24,000 bases of DNA from Acaryochloris marina S15 (lineage in GTDB: Bacteria; Cyanobacteriota; Cyanobacteriia; Thermosynechococcales; Thermosynechococcaceae). The notes beneath the pieces are model-generated. The model was not told the DNA's origin and made no database searches. It saw only the letters and a list, made by a program, of their open reading frames with translations. Shown here one piece after another: positions 8,987-17,304 of this stretch. The DNA is taken from contig NZ_CP064923.1 of NCBI RefSeq assembly GCF_018336915.1, positions 1,396,818 through 1,420,817 on the forward strand, in the 5' to 3' direction. How positions within the stretch are numbered: the first letter of the stretch is position 1; the number at the start of each line of letters is the position of its first letter. A program made the translations under genes and the position numbers.

Positions 8987-10075
8987 CTAAAGAGTGACTG
9001 GAGACGTTAAACCCAGAGCTGCCAGGAGCTGATCAATATTGCAGTGCTGATTGATCATTTCCTGAATACATTCAACTTTAATGCGCTCATGCACTTGGGC
9101 ACGTTTGAAGGCTTTCTCGACGATTTCAACGGTGGTTAGGGTATCTGAATCAACTAACAACACGGGGATCTCTAGATCTTTAGCCCGGTTCAGTACCAAT
9201 TCATTGGGGGGGAAATGCCCGGTCAAAATCAAACAATGGGTAGAAGACTCCAAAGCCGCAAGTTGAAGATCGGTGCGATCGCCTCCTGTCACCACAGCCA
9301 TGTTTCGACCTTTTCGGAAATACTTTAAGGCAGAATTGACATTCATTGCCCCAATGGTTAGCTCTTCCACCATGAGGTTTAAGTAGTCATGACCGCACAG
9401 GATGTCAGCTTGGAGCTGTTGAACCAACTCCGATACACTGACGCTGCGCAGTAAAGCGTTACTAGGCAATACCCCTAAAACAGGGATTTGTTTCGTTTCA
9501 AGGAAAGATTGCACTGTTGATTGCAATAGTTGTTGTTGTTCAACGCTCACATCGTTGAAAATGACGCCCACCAAACGATTACCAAGGGTGGCCTTCGCAT
9601 TGAGCACAGCATCAATCATGGCGAGATTGTGAAAGCGGCTCACTAACACGACTTCTGCATCTAGTGCTTGAGCCATTTGAGGTAAAGATACGTCAAATAG
9701 ATATCCTTCTGAAAGAGAGCCAGGACCTTCTAAAATCACAAGGTCAACATCATCTTTCTTTTCTAACTGATGTAGTTGTTCTACATAGTTAGTCGCATCT
9801 CCATCTTCAAGCTGTTGCTGAATATGTTGAGGATGAATAGATAACAGGGTAGGGTAAACCTGCTCTGGCGTGAGCCCGAGGGTTTCAGCAATGAATTTAA
9901 CATCAATGTCCAGTCCGTCATCGGCCAATCCCTCAGCGTACGTGCCGATAGGTTTAGCGTAGGCCAATCGGTATCCCTTACTGATCAGAGATTGAGCAAG
10001 GCCCAGAATGGCAGCTGACTTACCACTGAATGCTTCAATGGAACCAATCAGCAGATGTTTTGACGCCTTTTGCAC
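8987..10075 (-). CDS. Phosphotransacetylase-family / BioD-like P-loop plus DRTGG-domain protein
   Basis: 362 aa; N-term LLIGSIEAFSGKSAAILGLAQSLISKGYRLAYAKPIG (BioD/CobQ-like P-loop variant), central region GVLPSNALLRSVSVSELVQQL...MNVNSALKYFRKGRNMAVVTGGDRTDLQLAALE typical of DRTGG. Confidence 0.85.
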   Translation of the reverse strand: MQKASKHLLIGSIEAFSGKSAAILGLAQSLISKGYRLAYAKPIGTYAEGLADDGLDIDVKFIAETLGLTPEQVYPTLLSIHPQHIQQQLEDGDATNYVEQLHQLEKKDDVDLVILEGPGSLSEGYLFDVSLPQMAQALDAEVVLVSRFHNLAMIDAVLNAKATLGNRLVGVIFNDVSVEQQQLLQSTVQSFLETKQIPVLGVLPSNALLRSVSVSELVQQLQADILCGHDYLNLMVEELTIGAMNVNSALKYFRKGRNMAVVTGGDRTDLQLAALESSTHCLILTGHFPPNELVLNRAKDLEIPVLLVDSDTLTTVEIVEKAFKRAQVHERIKVECIQEMINQHCNIDQLLAALGLTSPVTL

Positions 10076-10101
10076 TCCGAGAACTCCTCATGGATTAGGG
10101 G

Positions 10102-10482
10102 TTAATCATCTAGCTTTAACAGCTTACGATAGAAAGTCTTGGGAAAATCAGCAACTTTAGTGCGTCGGTAGTTGGTAATGACTTCGATTAAAAAACCAAT
10201 AAATTCGAAATTCGTAATCGTGAGTTCGTAATTTAAGTCCCCGTCATTATCAAACTGGATGCGGCAACGGGTTAGGTCTGCAGGCAATTTAGAAACATTC
10301 CATGTCGCCACAAAGGGAATATTGCTTCCCCCTTCGATGCCCCGTTGCCCTTCTAAGTTGTTATTTTGATAAAGCGAGATCGCCAAAGGTAGTAAATCTC
10401 TTTTACCGCCTTGGTAATAGGGCAGGTAGACATTGACGTCTCGTGGGGTAGCAGGTTGAATAGCATCTAAAACTTGGGTCAT
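10102..10482 (-). CDS. EbsA-like cyanobacterial protein (type IV pilus/biofilm-related family)
   Basis: 126 aa; VYLPYYQGGKRDLLPLAISLYQNNNLEGQRGIEGGSNIPFVATWNVSKLPADLTRCRIQFD resembles recalled cyanobacterial EbsA sequences. Assignment from memory only. Confidence 0.6.
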   Translation of the reverse strand: MTQVLDAIQPATPRDVNVYLPYYQGGKRDLLPLAISLYQNNNLEGQRGIEGGSNIPFVATWNVSKLPADLTRCRIQFDNDGDLNYELTITNFEFIGFLIEVITNYRRTKVADFPKTFYRKLLKLDD

Positions 10483-10727
10483 CTAACAACGTCCTCATTG
10501 ACCGATCAATCAATAAACCTCATGTATGAAGTATGGGCAAGTCCGTGACGAATTTTACTGTTTGACCTGAATTTTTCTGCTTTTCTCCCAAAATGCTTCC
10601 CCTTCTTGAGAAGCCAGAAGGTCAAGCACACCAAATATATAAAGATATATATACAGTTTATGGTATACGTGGTGGGTAGAACCAATGGACCTCTGCCGGT
10701 AAAGTTGCTTAGCTGGAACAGAAGATT

Positions 10728-11702
10728 ATGGCTCCCCTAGTTGCAAATTACTATCTGACCTACCGCTGTAATGCACGATGTCATTTCTGTGATATCTGGG
10801 CATTAGATCCAGGTAAGGAAGCAGATTTCGATACGATCGAGCATAATCTAGAGGATTTAAAGCGCCTGGGAGTCAAATACGTTGACTTTACAGGGGGAGA
10901 ACCTCTTTTAAGAGCAGATGTTGGCGAAATCTACCAGACTGCCAAGCAGCTTGGTTTTTACACCAGCATGACCACCAACACCATCCTCTATTTAAAAAAA
11001 GCCCATGAAGTCAGAGGGCTAGTCGACTTCCTCAATTTCTCACTGGATGGTCCAGATGCAGAAACTCATGATCACTCAAGAGGGGTCAAGATTTTTGACA
11101 ATTTAGTCGAGTCGGTCAAGTTAGCTCTGGAGCTAGGTGAATATCCAGTTCTTAACCATACGGTGACGGCTCAGAACTACGAGCGAATTCATGAGGTGGC
11201 TGAATTAGGTGCGCGCCTGGGTGTCAGAGTATGGCTGAATCCAGCATTCACCGCTTACGCGAACTATAACAATCGGAAAAATCCAACCCCTGCCATTGTC
11301 GAAGCGATTGAATCGAGTGGTAGAAAGTACCGAAATCTGGGCTACAACAAAGCAGCTTTAGAGTTCATCCGGGCTGGGGGGAATGATACCCAAAACCCAA
11401 GGTGTAAAGCGGTTGATGCAGTGATCGCTATTTCTCCAAATGACGAGTTGCTGCTTCCTTGCTACCATTTCGCTCAAACAGGCGTACCAATAGAAGGCAA
11501 ACTGTACGATATGTACCGACAATCCGAAATTGTCGAAGAATATCGTCAATCCCAAGGTCAACTGAAGGTATGTGAAGGGTGTACAGTCTGGTGTTATCTC
11601 ATTCCCAGTTTCTTCCAAGGCGTTGATAAATATTGGGTCCTAAACCAAGTAAGTTATGTCGGAGAATTCCTGGCCAGAAAACGATTCTTGCAACATGTCT
11701 AA
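10728..11702 (+). CDS. Radical SAM protein with C-terminal Cys-rich (twitch/SPASM-like) region, function unknown
   Basis: 324 aa; CNARCHFC (CxxxCxxC), GGEPLLRAD, and C-terminal C...C...CEGCTVWC cysteines. Confidence 0.88.
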   Translation: MAPLVANYYLTYRCNARCHFCDIWALDPGKEADFDTIEHNLEDLKRLGVKYVDFTGGEPLLRADVGEIYQTAKQLGFYTSMTTNTILYLKKAHEVRGLVDFLNFSLDGPDAETHDHSRGVKIFDNLVESVKLALELGEYPVLNHTVTAQNYERIHEVAELGARLGVRVWLNPAFTAYANYNNRKNPTPAIVEAIESSGRKYRNLGYNKAALEFIRAGGNDTQNPRCKAVDAVIAISPNDELLLPCYHFAQTGVPIEGKLYDMYRQSEIVEEYRQSQGQLKVCEGCTVWCYLIPSFFQGVDKYWVLNQVSYVGEFLARKRFLQHV

Positions 11703-13077
11703 CGTGAAATCTCCTTGGCCAGAAGACTCGGAACTCCCACAGCTTTCTGATGTGGAAATTGATTACCCCGAAGGTGAAGGTCGGCGACGCAAAGCGGCTT
11801 TGATGCTCGCCTTAATCTGGAGTTGTACGATTTCTCTGCACCTGTTTTCAGTCGGTTTCTGGGCTGTTTGTTGCCTGACAACCATTATTAGTATGCACTG
11901 GCTGCGGATGATTCGGGCGTCTGCACTGCCTACTGTAGAGCCATTAAGTTTAGACAAAGCTGAAACTGAATATCCCTTTGTATCGCTTTTAGTATCGGCA
12001 AAAAATGAAGAAGCAGTCTTAGGGGCTCTAGTTAAAACCCTCTGTAAACTAGACTATCCTGCCGAACGGTATGAAGTATGGATTGTCGATGATAACAGTA
12101 CTGATAAGACACCAGACGTTCTGGCACAATTGTCTGAAGAGTATTCTCAACTCCATGTGCTGCGACGATCGGCAGAAGATGGGGGCGGAAAGTCAGGTGC
12201 CTTGAATCAGGTTTTGCCCTTGACCCAAGGCGACATTATTGGGGTTTTTGATGCAGATGCTCAGGTCTCTGCTGATCTACTCTGTCGAGTTTTACCTCTG
12301 TTTGATGATCAGCAGATGGGCGCGGTCCAAGTTCGTAAACAGATTGCGAACGCTGATACAAATTTTTGGACCCGAGGTCAGTCCGCTGAAATGGGATTAG
12401 ACCTGTATCTTCAACAGCAACGGATTGCAGTGGGAGGAGTGGGTGAGCTTCGAGGTAATGGTCAATTTGTCCGTCGCCAAGCGTTGGCCAGTTGTGGCGG
12501 TTGGAATGAGGCGACTATTACCGATGATTTGGATTTGACCTTCCGCTTACATCTGAATCATTGGGATATCGGTATTTTGCCTCTGCCTGCTGTGCGAGAG
12601 GAAGGGGTGACCCGGGCTGTCGCCCTTTGGCATCAACGGAATCGTTGGGCAGAAGGAGGATATCAACGGTATTTAGATTATTGGCCCTTAATTATTCGTA
12701 ACCGCTTAGGGCCCCGTAAAACCTTTGATTTAGTCGTGTTTTGGTTTGCTCAGTATGTCCTTCCCACTGCGGCTGTGCCTGACTTGGTGATGGCCACAGC
12801 CCGCAATCAGCTTCCTTTGTTAATGCCGATGACCAGTGTGACTATGTTGTTGTCCTTGGTGGGGATGTGGAATGGGTTAGATCGCATTCGTAGAGCTGAA
12901 CAAGTTGCCCCTTCACCGTTTGTGATGTTCTTACAAACGGTAAGAGGGACTCTATATACTTGCCATTGGTTTTTGGTGATGGCCTGTGTCACGGCCCGGA
13001 TGTCCATTCGACCAAAACGCTTGAAATGGGTAAAAACCCTTCGTCAGGATGACTACCAGATTTATGTACCTGATTAG
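11695..13077 (+). CDS. mgdA: Membrane GT2 glycosyltransferase, probable beta-monoglucosyldiacylglycerol synthase (MgdA-like)
   Basis: YPFVSLLVSAKNEEAVLGALVKTLCKLDYPAERYEVWIVDDNSTDKT, GVFDADAQ, ITDDLDLTFRL, HQRNRWAEGG (D/DxD/D/QxxRW-type), TM segments at both ends. Start may be 11656 (ORF track) or 11695 (ATG overlapping the stop of the radical SAM gene). MgdA assignment is from recalled similarity. Confidence 0.75.
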   Translation: MSNVKSPWPEDSELPQLSDVEIDYPEGEGRRRKAALMLALIWSCTISLHLFSVGFWAVCCLTTIISMHWLRMIRASALPTVEPLSLDKAETEYPFVSLLVSAKNEEAVLGALVKTLCKLDYPAERYEVWIVDDNSTDKTPDVLAQLSEEYSQLHVLRRSAEDGGGKSGALNQVLPLTQGDIIGVFDADAQVSADLLCRVLPLFDDQQMGAVQVRKQIANADTNFWTRGQSAEMGLDLYLQQQRIAVGGVGELRGNGQFVRRQALASCGGWNEATITDDLDLTFRLHLNHWDIGILPLPAVREEGVTRAVALWHQRNRWAEGGYQRYLDYWPLIIRNRLGPRKTFDLVVFWFAQYVLPTAAVPDLVMATARNQLPLLMPMTSVTMLLSLVGMWNGLDRIRRAEQVAPSPFVMFLQTVRGTLYTCHWFLVMACVTARMSIRPKRLKWVKTLRQDDYQIYVPD

Positions 13078-13250
13078 CTGAGGCAGTTCGAGGGGTTTGA
13101 TTGAATGCCGCTCTTATCACTGAGTCCGATTAGGTAAGCGTCTTTCAGCTTCCATAAGCCTACGTAACCCGAACATAGGTTAAGTCCTGTCATAAAAAAA
13201 AATCGAGGCGTCAATAGGCGAATACCTTCAGCAAAAAGGATCAAGCCCAT
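13074..13250 (-). CDS. Possible short translationally coupled ORF, 58 aa, hydrophobic N-terminal half
   Basis: From ATG at 13250: MGLILFAEGIRLLTPRFFFMTGLNLCSGYVGLWKLKDAYLIGLSDKSGIQSNPSNCLS. ATG overlaps the upstream TAA as TAATG. No strong family recognised. Confidence 0.3.
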   Translation of the reverse strand: MGLILFAEGIRLLTPRFFFMTGLNLCSGYVGLWKLKDAYLIGLSDKSGIQSNPSNCLS

Positions 13251-13858
13251 TAAAGAGGGTTTTTGGATGGCAGTAATTTCGCTATCCCTTTTTCTGTGCA
13301 AATAGCCTTTAAGGGTTGGTCCCAAGATTCAGTGGGAAGTTGCTCTAAGAGATCTCGTTCAAAGACAATTCCGATGGTTGGGATATCAGCCCAACTGGGT
13401 GAGGCTAATAAGCGGTCGTAATATCCACCGCCATACCCCAAGCGATACCCGTTGCGATCGCAAGCCACAGCTGGCACCAAAATCAGATCAATCTCATCAG
13501 CCGATAACTCAGGAAAATCTGGATAAGGTTCCCAAATTCCATACTTACCCTTTTGCAGCATTTGGGAGTTTAGGGGATTACAGCGATGCCAAATCAAATG
13601 CTGTCCCACACATCGAGGGAGGCCCCACTCTCGGTCTTGTCCTTGTAAAAACAGCCAGCTTAAATCGGGTTCTTGTCGAAATGTCATATAAGCCAAAACG
13701 GTTTTGGCTTGCCCCCAGAGGGATGAATCTAGTAACTGCTGGCAGAGAGTCTGACTAAAAAGACGCCATTGCTCAACAGGCATCGATTGACGCTGCGTCA
13801 GCAATTGACGTCTCAAAGTATTCTTGTCGAGTTGAGGATTAGAGCCAGAAGACTGCAC
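13250..13858 (-). CDS. 5-formyltetrahydrofolate cyclo-ligase family protein
   Basis: 202 aa; KNTLRRQLLTQRQ..., LILVPAVACDRNGYRLGYGGGYYDRLLA (signature), near-adjacent to the DUF3120 gene. Confidence 0.94.
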   Translation of the reverse strand: MQSSGSNPQLDKNTLRRQLLTQRQSMPVEQWRLFSQTLCQQLLDSSLWGQAKTVLAYMTFRQEPDLSWLFLQGQDREWGLPRCVGQHLIWHRCNPLNSQMLQKGKYGIWEPYPDFPELSADEIDLILVPAVACDRNGYRLGYGGGYYDRLLASPSWADIPTIGIVFERDLLEQLPTESWDQPLKAICTEKGIAKLLPSKNPL

Positions 13859-14568
13859 TAAAACTGGGTTGCCACCAATAAGAACAAACTATCCACTAGC
13901 AGCGTGCCCAATACAGATCCTGAGAAAGCCCACCAACAGAGCTGGTCTTTTTGCCCTGTCCAGGTATCCGGGGGCAGTAAGGGGCGAATACTCATCACAC
14001 AGAGTCCAACCACTAAAACCATCGCCCAAAATTGTCCCCAAGGGGTTTGGGTATGCTCTAAAGCTTTTGGCAATAGTGCCATAGCTTCTGTTTGATCCGT
14101 TTGAATCAAGACTCGCCAGGTGGGCATTAAATCCACCAGGAAGAAATACACATCCGTGACGGTTGAGCCAATCAAAGACCCTAAAAAGAACAGAGAGCCA
14201 ATTTTAAGACGGGAATTGAGTAAGGCCCAAATGGCGATGGGTAAACCAATCGCTTCCATCGGCACGTGCCATAAAGGCTCTGCTCGAAACCAACCCCAAT
14301 AAATTGAGCCGGAGAACCAGGCCAAAGCAAAGCCAAACAGCAAATCACCCCAGATTTGAGTTTTGTCTTGACGCATCAACCCATAACTTCCCAAAAGCCA
14401 CCCTCCTGTGGCCACCAGACTTAGCCATGGCCAAGTCCTCACCAAAGGCGCTTGGATCAGCACAGGTAAGGACACCAAAAACATCGCGGCGCTGAATAGC
14501 ATCCAGCTCTGAAACGTCCCCATGCTTTGAATGGTTTGCCTGAGGGAGCTTTGAAAAGTTTGTTTCAA
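13858..14568 (-). CDS. DUF3120-like cyanobacterial integral membrane protein
   Basis: 236 aa; GDLLFGFALAWFSGSIYWGWFRAEPLWHVPMEAIGLPIA...GSLIGSTVTDVYFFLVDLMPTWR, multiple TM segments. Confidence 0.8.
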   Translation of the reverse strand: MKQTFQSSLRQTIQSMGTFQSWMLFSAAMFLVSLPVLIQAPLVRTWPWLSLVATGGWLLGSYGLMRQDKTQIWGDLLFGFALAWFSGSIYWGWFRAEPLWHVPMEAIGLPIAIWALLNSRLKIGSLFFLGSLIGSTVTDVYFFLVDLMPTWRVLIQTDQTEAMALLPKALEHTQTPWGQFWAMVLVVGLCVMSIRPLLPPDTWTGQKDQLCWWAFSGSVLGTLLVDSLFLLVATQF

Positions 14569-14808
14569 GGATTATTCTCCAGATTTTTTCAAAGTTATAA
14601 AAATGCTAATAATTCAATATGATTGATTAGGCAATAATCGTTAATATTCGTTAATATTTTGCGTTTATTGAGTCATCCTTAAGGTGGCATGTAATTCAGA
14701 TTAGTGTATCACGGGAAGGTCTGATGGCTGTGCCTTCTACAACCTAGCTACAACTAGCTCTCCTGCTTGAATTACTAATAATTAATTAAACATATCTCCT
14801 CAAATCTA

Positions 14809-15267
14809 ATGCGCATTATTTTGCAAAGAGTTAATGAATCACGGGTCGAAGTTGCGGGTCAAATGATTGGCGAAATTCAAAAAGGTCTCAATTTATTAGT
14901 AGGAATTACCCCTTCTGATACGGAGCAAGAAGTGGCTTGGATGGCCCGTAAATGTTTGGAGCTACGAATCTTTCCCGATTCGTCGGGCAAGCTGTCCCAG
15001 TCTGTCCAAGATATAGAGGGCGAATTACTCGTGATTAGCCAGTTTACATTGTATGGAGATTGTCGGAAGGGGCGGCGGCCTTCCTTCGATCAAGCGGCAC
15101 CCGGTGCCATCGCAGAAAAGATTTATGATCAATTCGTGGCCAAACTGAGAGCCAGCGGTTTACAGGTCGAAACGGGACAGTTTGGCGCCATGATGAATGT
15201 TTATATCGAAAATGATGGTCCTGTAACTTTAATTTTGGAACGAAAGGCTGAAAGGCAAATACCATAA
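14809..15267 (+). CDS. dtd: D-aminoacyl-tRNA deacylase
   Basis: 152 aa; [60 protein letters not shown]. Confidence 0.97.
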   Translation: MRIILQRVNESRVEVAGQMIGEIQKGLNLLVGITPSDTEQEVAWMARKCLELRIFPDSSGKLSQSVQDIEGELLVISQFTLYGDCRKGRRPSFDQAAPGAIAEKIYDQFVAKLRASGLQVETGQFGAMMNVYIENDGPVTLILERKAERQIP

Positions 15268-15415
15268 ACCCCCACTATTCTTTGCCCCAAAATAATGCCT
15301 GCTTACAAGCTCAAAAAAGGGGATATTCAAGATAGATGACGTTAGGGATTGCCATTTCTAGCGGAGTTGAGTCAAACTGCCTGTGTGGTAATCAATAGCG
15401 GGTCTCTCCAGAATT

Positions 15416-17302
15416 ATGTGCGGTATTGTCGGTTACATTGGTCCTCAGACGGCCAGCGGAATTCTGCTCTCAGGTCTACAAAAACTGGAATATCGAGGTT
15501 ACGATTCAGCGGGGATTGCCACTGTGTCAGAGGCCCAGCTCCAATGTATTCGGGCTAAGGGCAAACTTCATCACCTGGAAGAGAAGTTGGCCAGTTGGGA
15601 AAATTCGGCTGTTCTGGGCATTGGCCACACGCGATGGGCCACGCACGGCAAACCTGAAGAACATAACGCCCATCCCCATCGAGATGCTCACGACCGCTTG
15701 GCTGTGGTGCAAAACGGGATTATCGAAAACTATCGAGACCTCCGAGAGGAACTGAAAGAGCGGGGCTGTACATTTCGCTCTGAAACCGATACAGAGGTTA
15801 TCCCCCATCTAATCGCGGAAAAGCTTGACGCTCTGAAATCGGCTGGAAAGCCTTCCCTACTAGAAGCGGTTCGACAAGCAGTCAATCAGTTGGAAGGCGC
15901 ATTTGCGATCGCAGTGGTGTCCGCTGACTTCCCAGATGAACTGATCGTGGCTCGTCAGCAAGCCCCCTTAGTGGTGGGATGTGGGGATGGCGAATATTTC
16001 TGTGCCTCCGATACACCAGCTTTGATTCACCATACCCGCACGGTCTTAAACCTAGAAAACCAAGAACTGGCCCGCTTGACTACTCAGGGGGTCAACCTCT
16101 ACCACTTCGATGGTAACCGGGTTCGTCGCCCACCCCACACCCTCAACTGGAATCCAGTCATGGTGGAGAAGCAAGGCTTCAAACACTTTATGCTCAAGGA
16201 AATCTATGAGCAGCCAGGGGTCGTGCGCACTTGCCTGGAACAGTATGTAGATAGCAGCTGGCAGCCGGAACAGGAGAAAAGTCCCATTCGCCTGAATTTA
16301 GCGCCAGAGTTGACTGAGAACCTAGAAAGCATTCAAATTATGGCCTGCGGGACTAGCTGGCATGCCAGTTTGGTGGGCAAGCATCTGCTGGAACAGTTGG
16401 CAGGTATTCCAACGGTGGTTCAGTATGCCTCGGAGTTTCGGTATGCACCGTCACCCTTGACGGCCAATACCCTCACGATTGGGGTTACTCAGTCCGGAGA
16501 AACCGCCGACACTCTAGCTGCATTAGAAACGGAACAACAGCGTCGTGCCCAGCAACCTCCTCATTTACAGGCTCGTCTGTTAGGTATAACCAATCGCCCC
16601 GAAAGTTCTCTGGCTCGCCTAGTGCCCGCTATTATTGATACCCATGCCGGGATTGAAATTGGGGTGGCAGCCACTAAAACCTTTATGGCTCAACTGATGG
16701 CCTTTTACTTTTTGGCGATTGAGTTGGCCCATCAACGCAAAACAGTTCCCCCCCAGCGCTTAGGTGAAATTATCAATGGTCTGCAACAGCTCCCTGCCCA
16801 GCTAGAGCAGGTTTTAGAAAGTCAGGAGCGCTATGTGGAAACCCTGGCCCATGACTTTGTAGAAACCCAGGACTTTATCTATATCGGTCGAGGCATTAAT
16901 TTCCCCATTGCCCTAGAAGGAGCACTAAAGCTAAAGGAAATTAGCTATATCCATGCGGAGGGATATCCGGCAGGGGAGATGAAGCATGGTCCCATCGCCT
17001 TGCTCGATGCCAAGGTACCAGTGGTTGCGATCGCAATGCCAGGAACGGTCTTTGAAAAGGTTCTCTCCAATGCCCAAGAGGCACGGGCACGGGATGCTCG
17101 GTTGATTGGCGTTACTCCCATGGATGAGCGGGAAGCCAAAGAGACCTTTGATACGTTGTTACCTGTACCTGCGGTGGATGAGATTATTTCGCCATTACTG
17201 ACGGTGGTGCCGTTGCAGTTGTTGTCCTATCATATTGCCGCCCTGCGGGGTTTAGATGTGGATCAACCTCGCAATTTGGCTAAATCCGTGACGGTTGAGT
17301 AA
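15416..17302 (+). CDS. glmS: Glutamine--fructose-6-phosphate aminotransferase (isomerizing)
   Basis: 628 aa; starts MCGIVGYIG (Cys1 GATase-II), GHTRWATHG, tandem SIS domains, C-term DVDQPRNLAKSVTVE. Confidence 0.98.
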   Translation: MCGIVGYIGPQTASGILLSGLQKLEYRGYDSAGIATVSEAQLQCIRAKGKLHHLEEKLASWENSAVLGIGHTRWATHGKPEEHNAHPHRDAHDRLAVVQNGIIENYRDLREELKERGCTFRSETDTEVIPHLIAEKLDALKSAGKPSLLEAVRQAVNQLEGAFAIAVVSADFPDELIVARQQAPLVVGCGDGEYFCASDTPALIHHTRTVLNLENQELARLTTQGVNLYHFDGNRVRRPPHTLNWNPVMVEKQGFKHFMLKEIYEQPGVVRTCLEQYVDSSWQPEQEKSPIRLNLAPELTENLESIQIMACGTSWHASLVGKHLLEQLAGIPTVVQYASEFRYAPSPLTANTLTIGVTQSGETADTLAALETEQQRRAQQPPHLQARLLGITNRPESSLARLVPAIIDTHAGIEIGVAATKTFMAQLMAFYFLAIELAHQRKTVPPQRLGEIINGLQQLPAQLEQVLESQERYVETLAHDFVETQDFIYIGRGINFPIALEGALKLKEISYIHAEGYPAGEMKHGPIALLDAKVPVVAIAMPGTVFEKVLSNAQEARARDARLIGVTPMDEREAKETFDTLLPVPAVDEIISPLLTVVPLQLLSYHIAALRGLDVDQPRNLAKSVTVE

Positions 17303-17304
17303 TA

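Noticed and set aside
13378-14495. Plus-strand ORFs 13378..13758, 13869..14084, 13904..14095, 14120..14302 and 14304..14495
   Set aside because: All are antisense to the cyclo-ligase or DUF3120 genes with non-conserved-looking translations.
15349-15808. ORFs 15349..15558 (+), 15426..15755 (+) and 15527..15808 (-) around the glmS 5' end
   Set aside because: Alternative frames of the canonical glmS N-terminal GATase domain.
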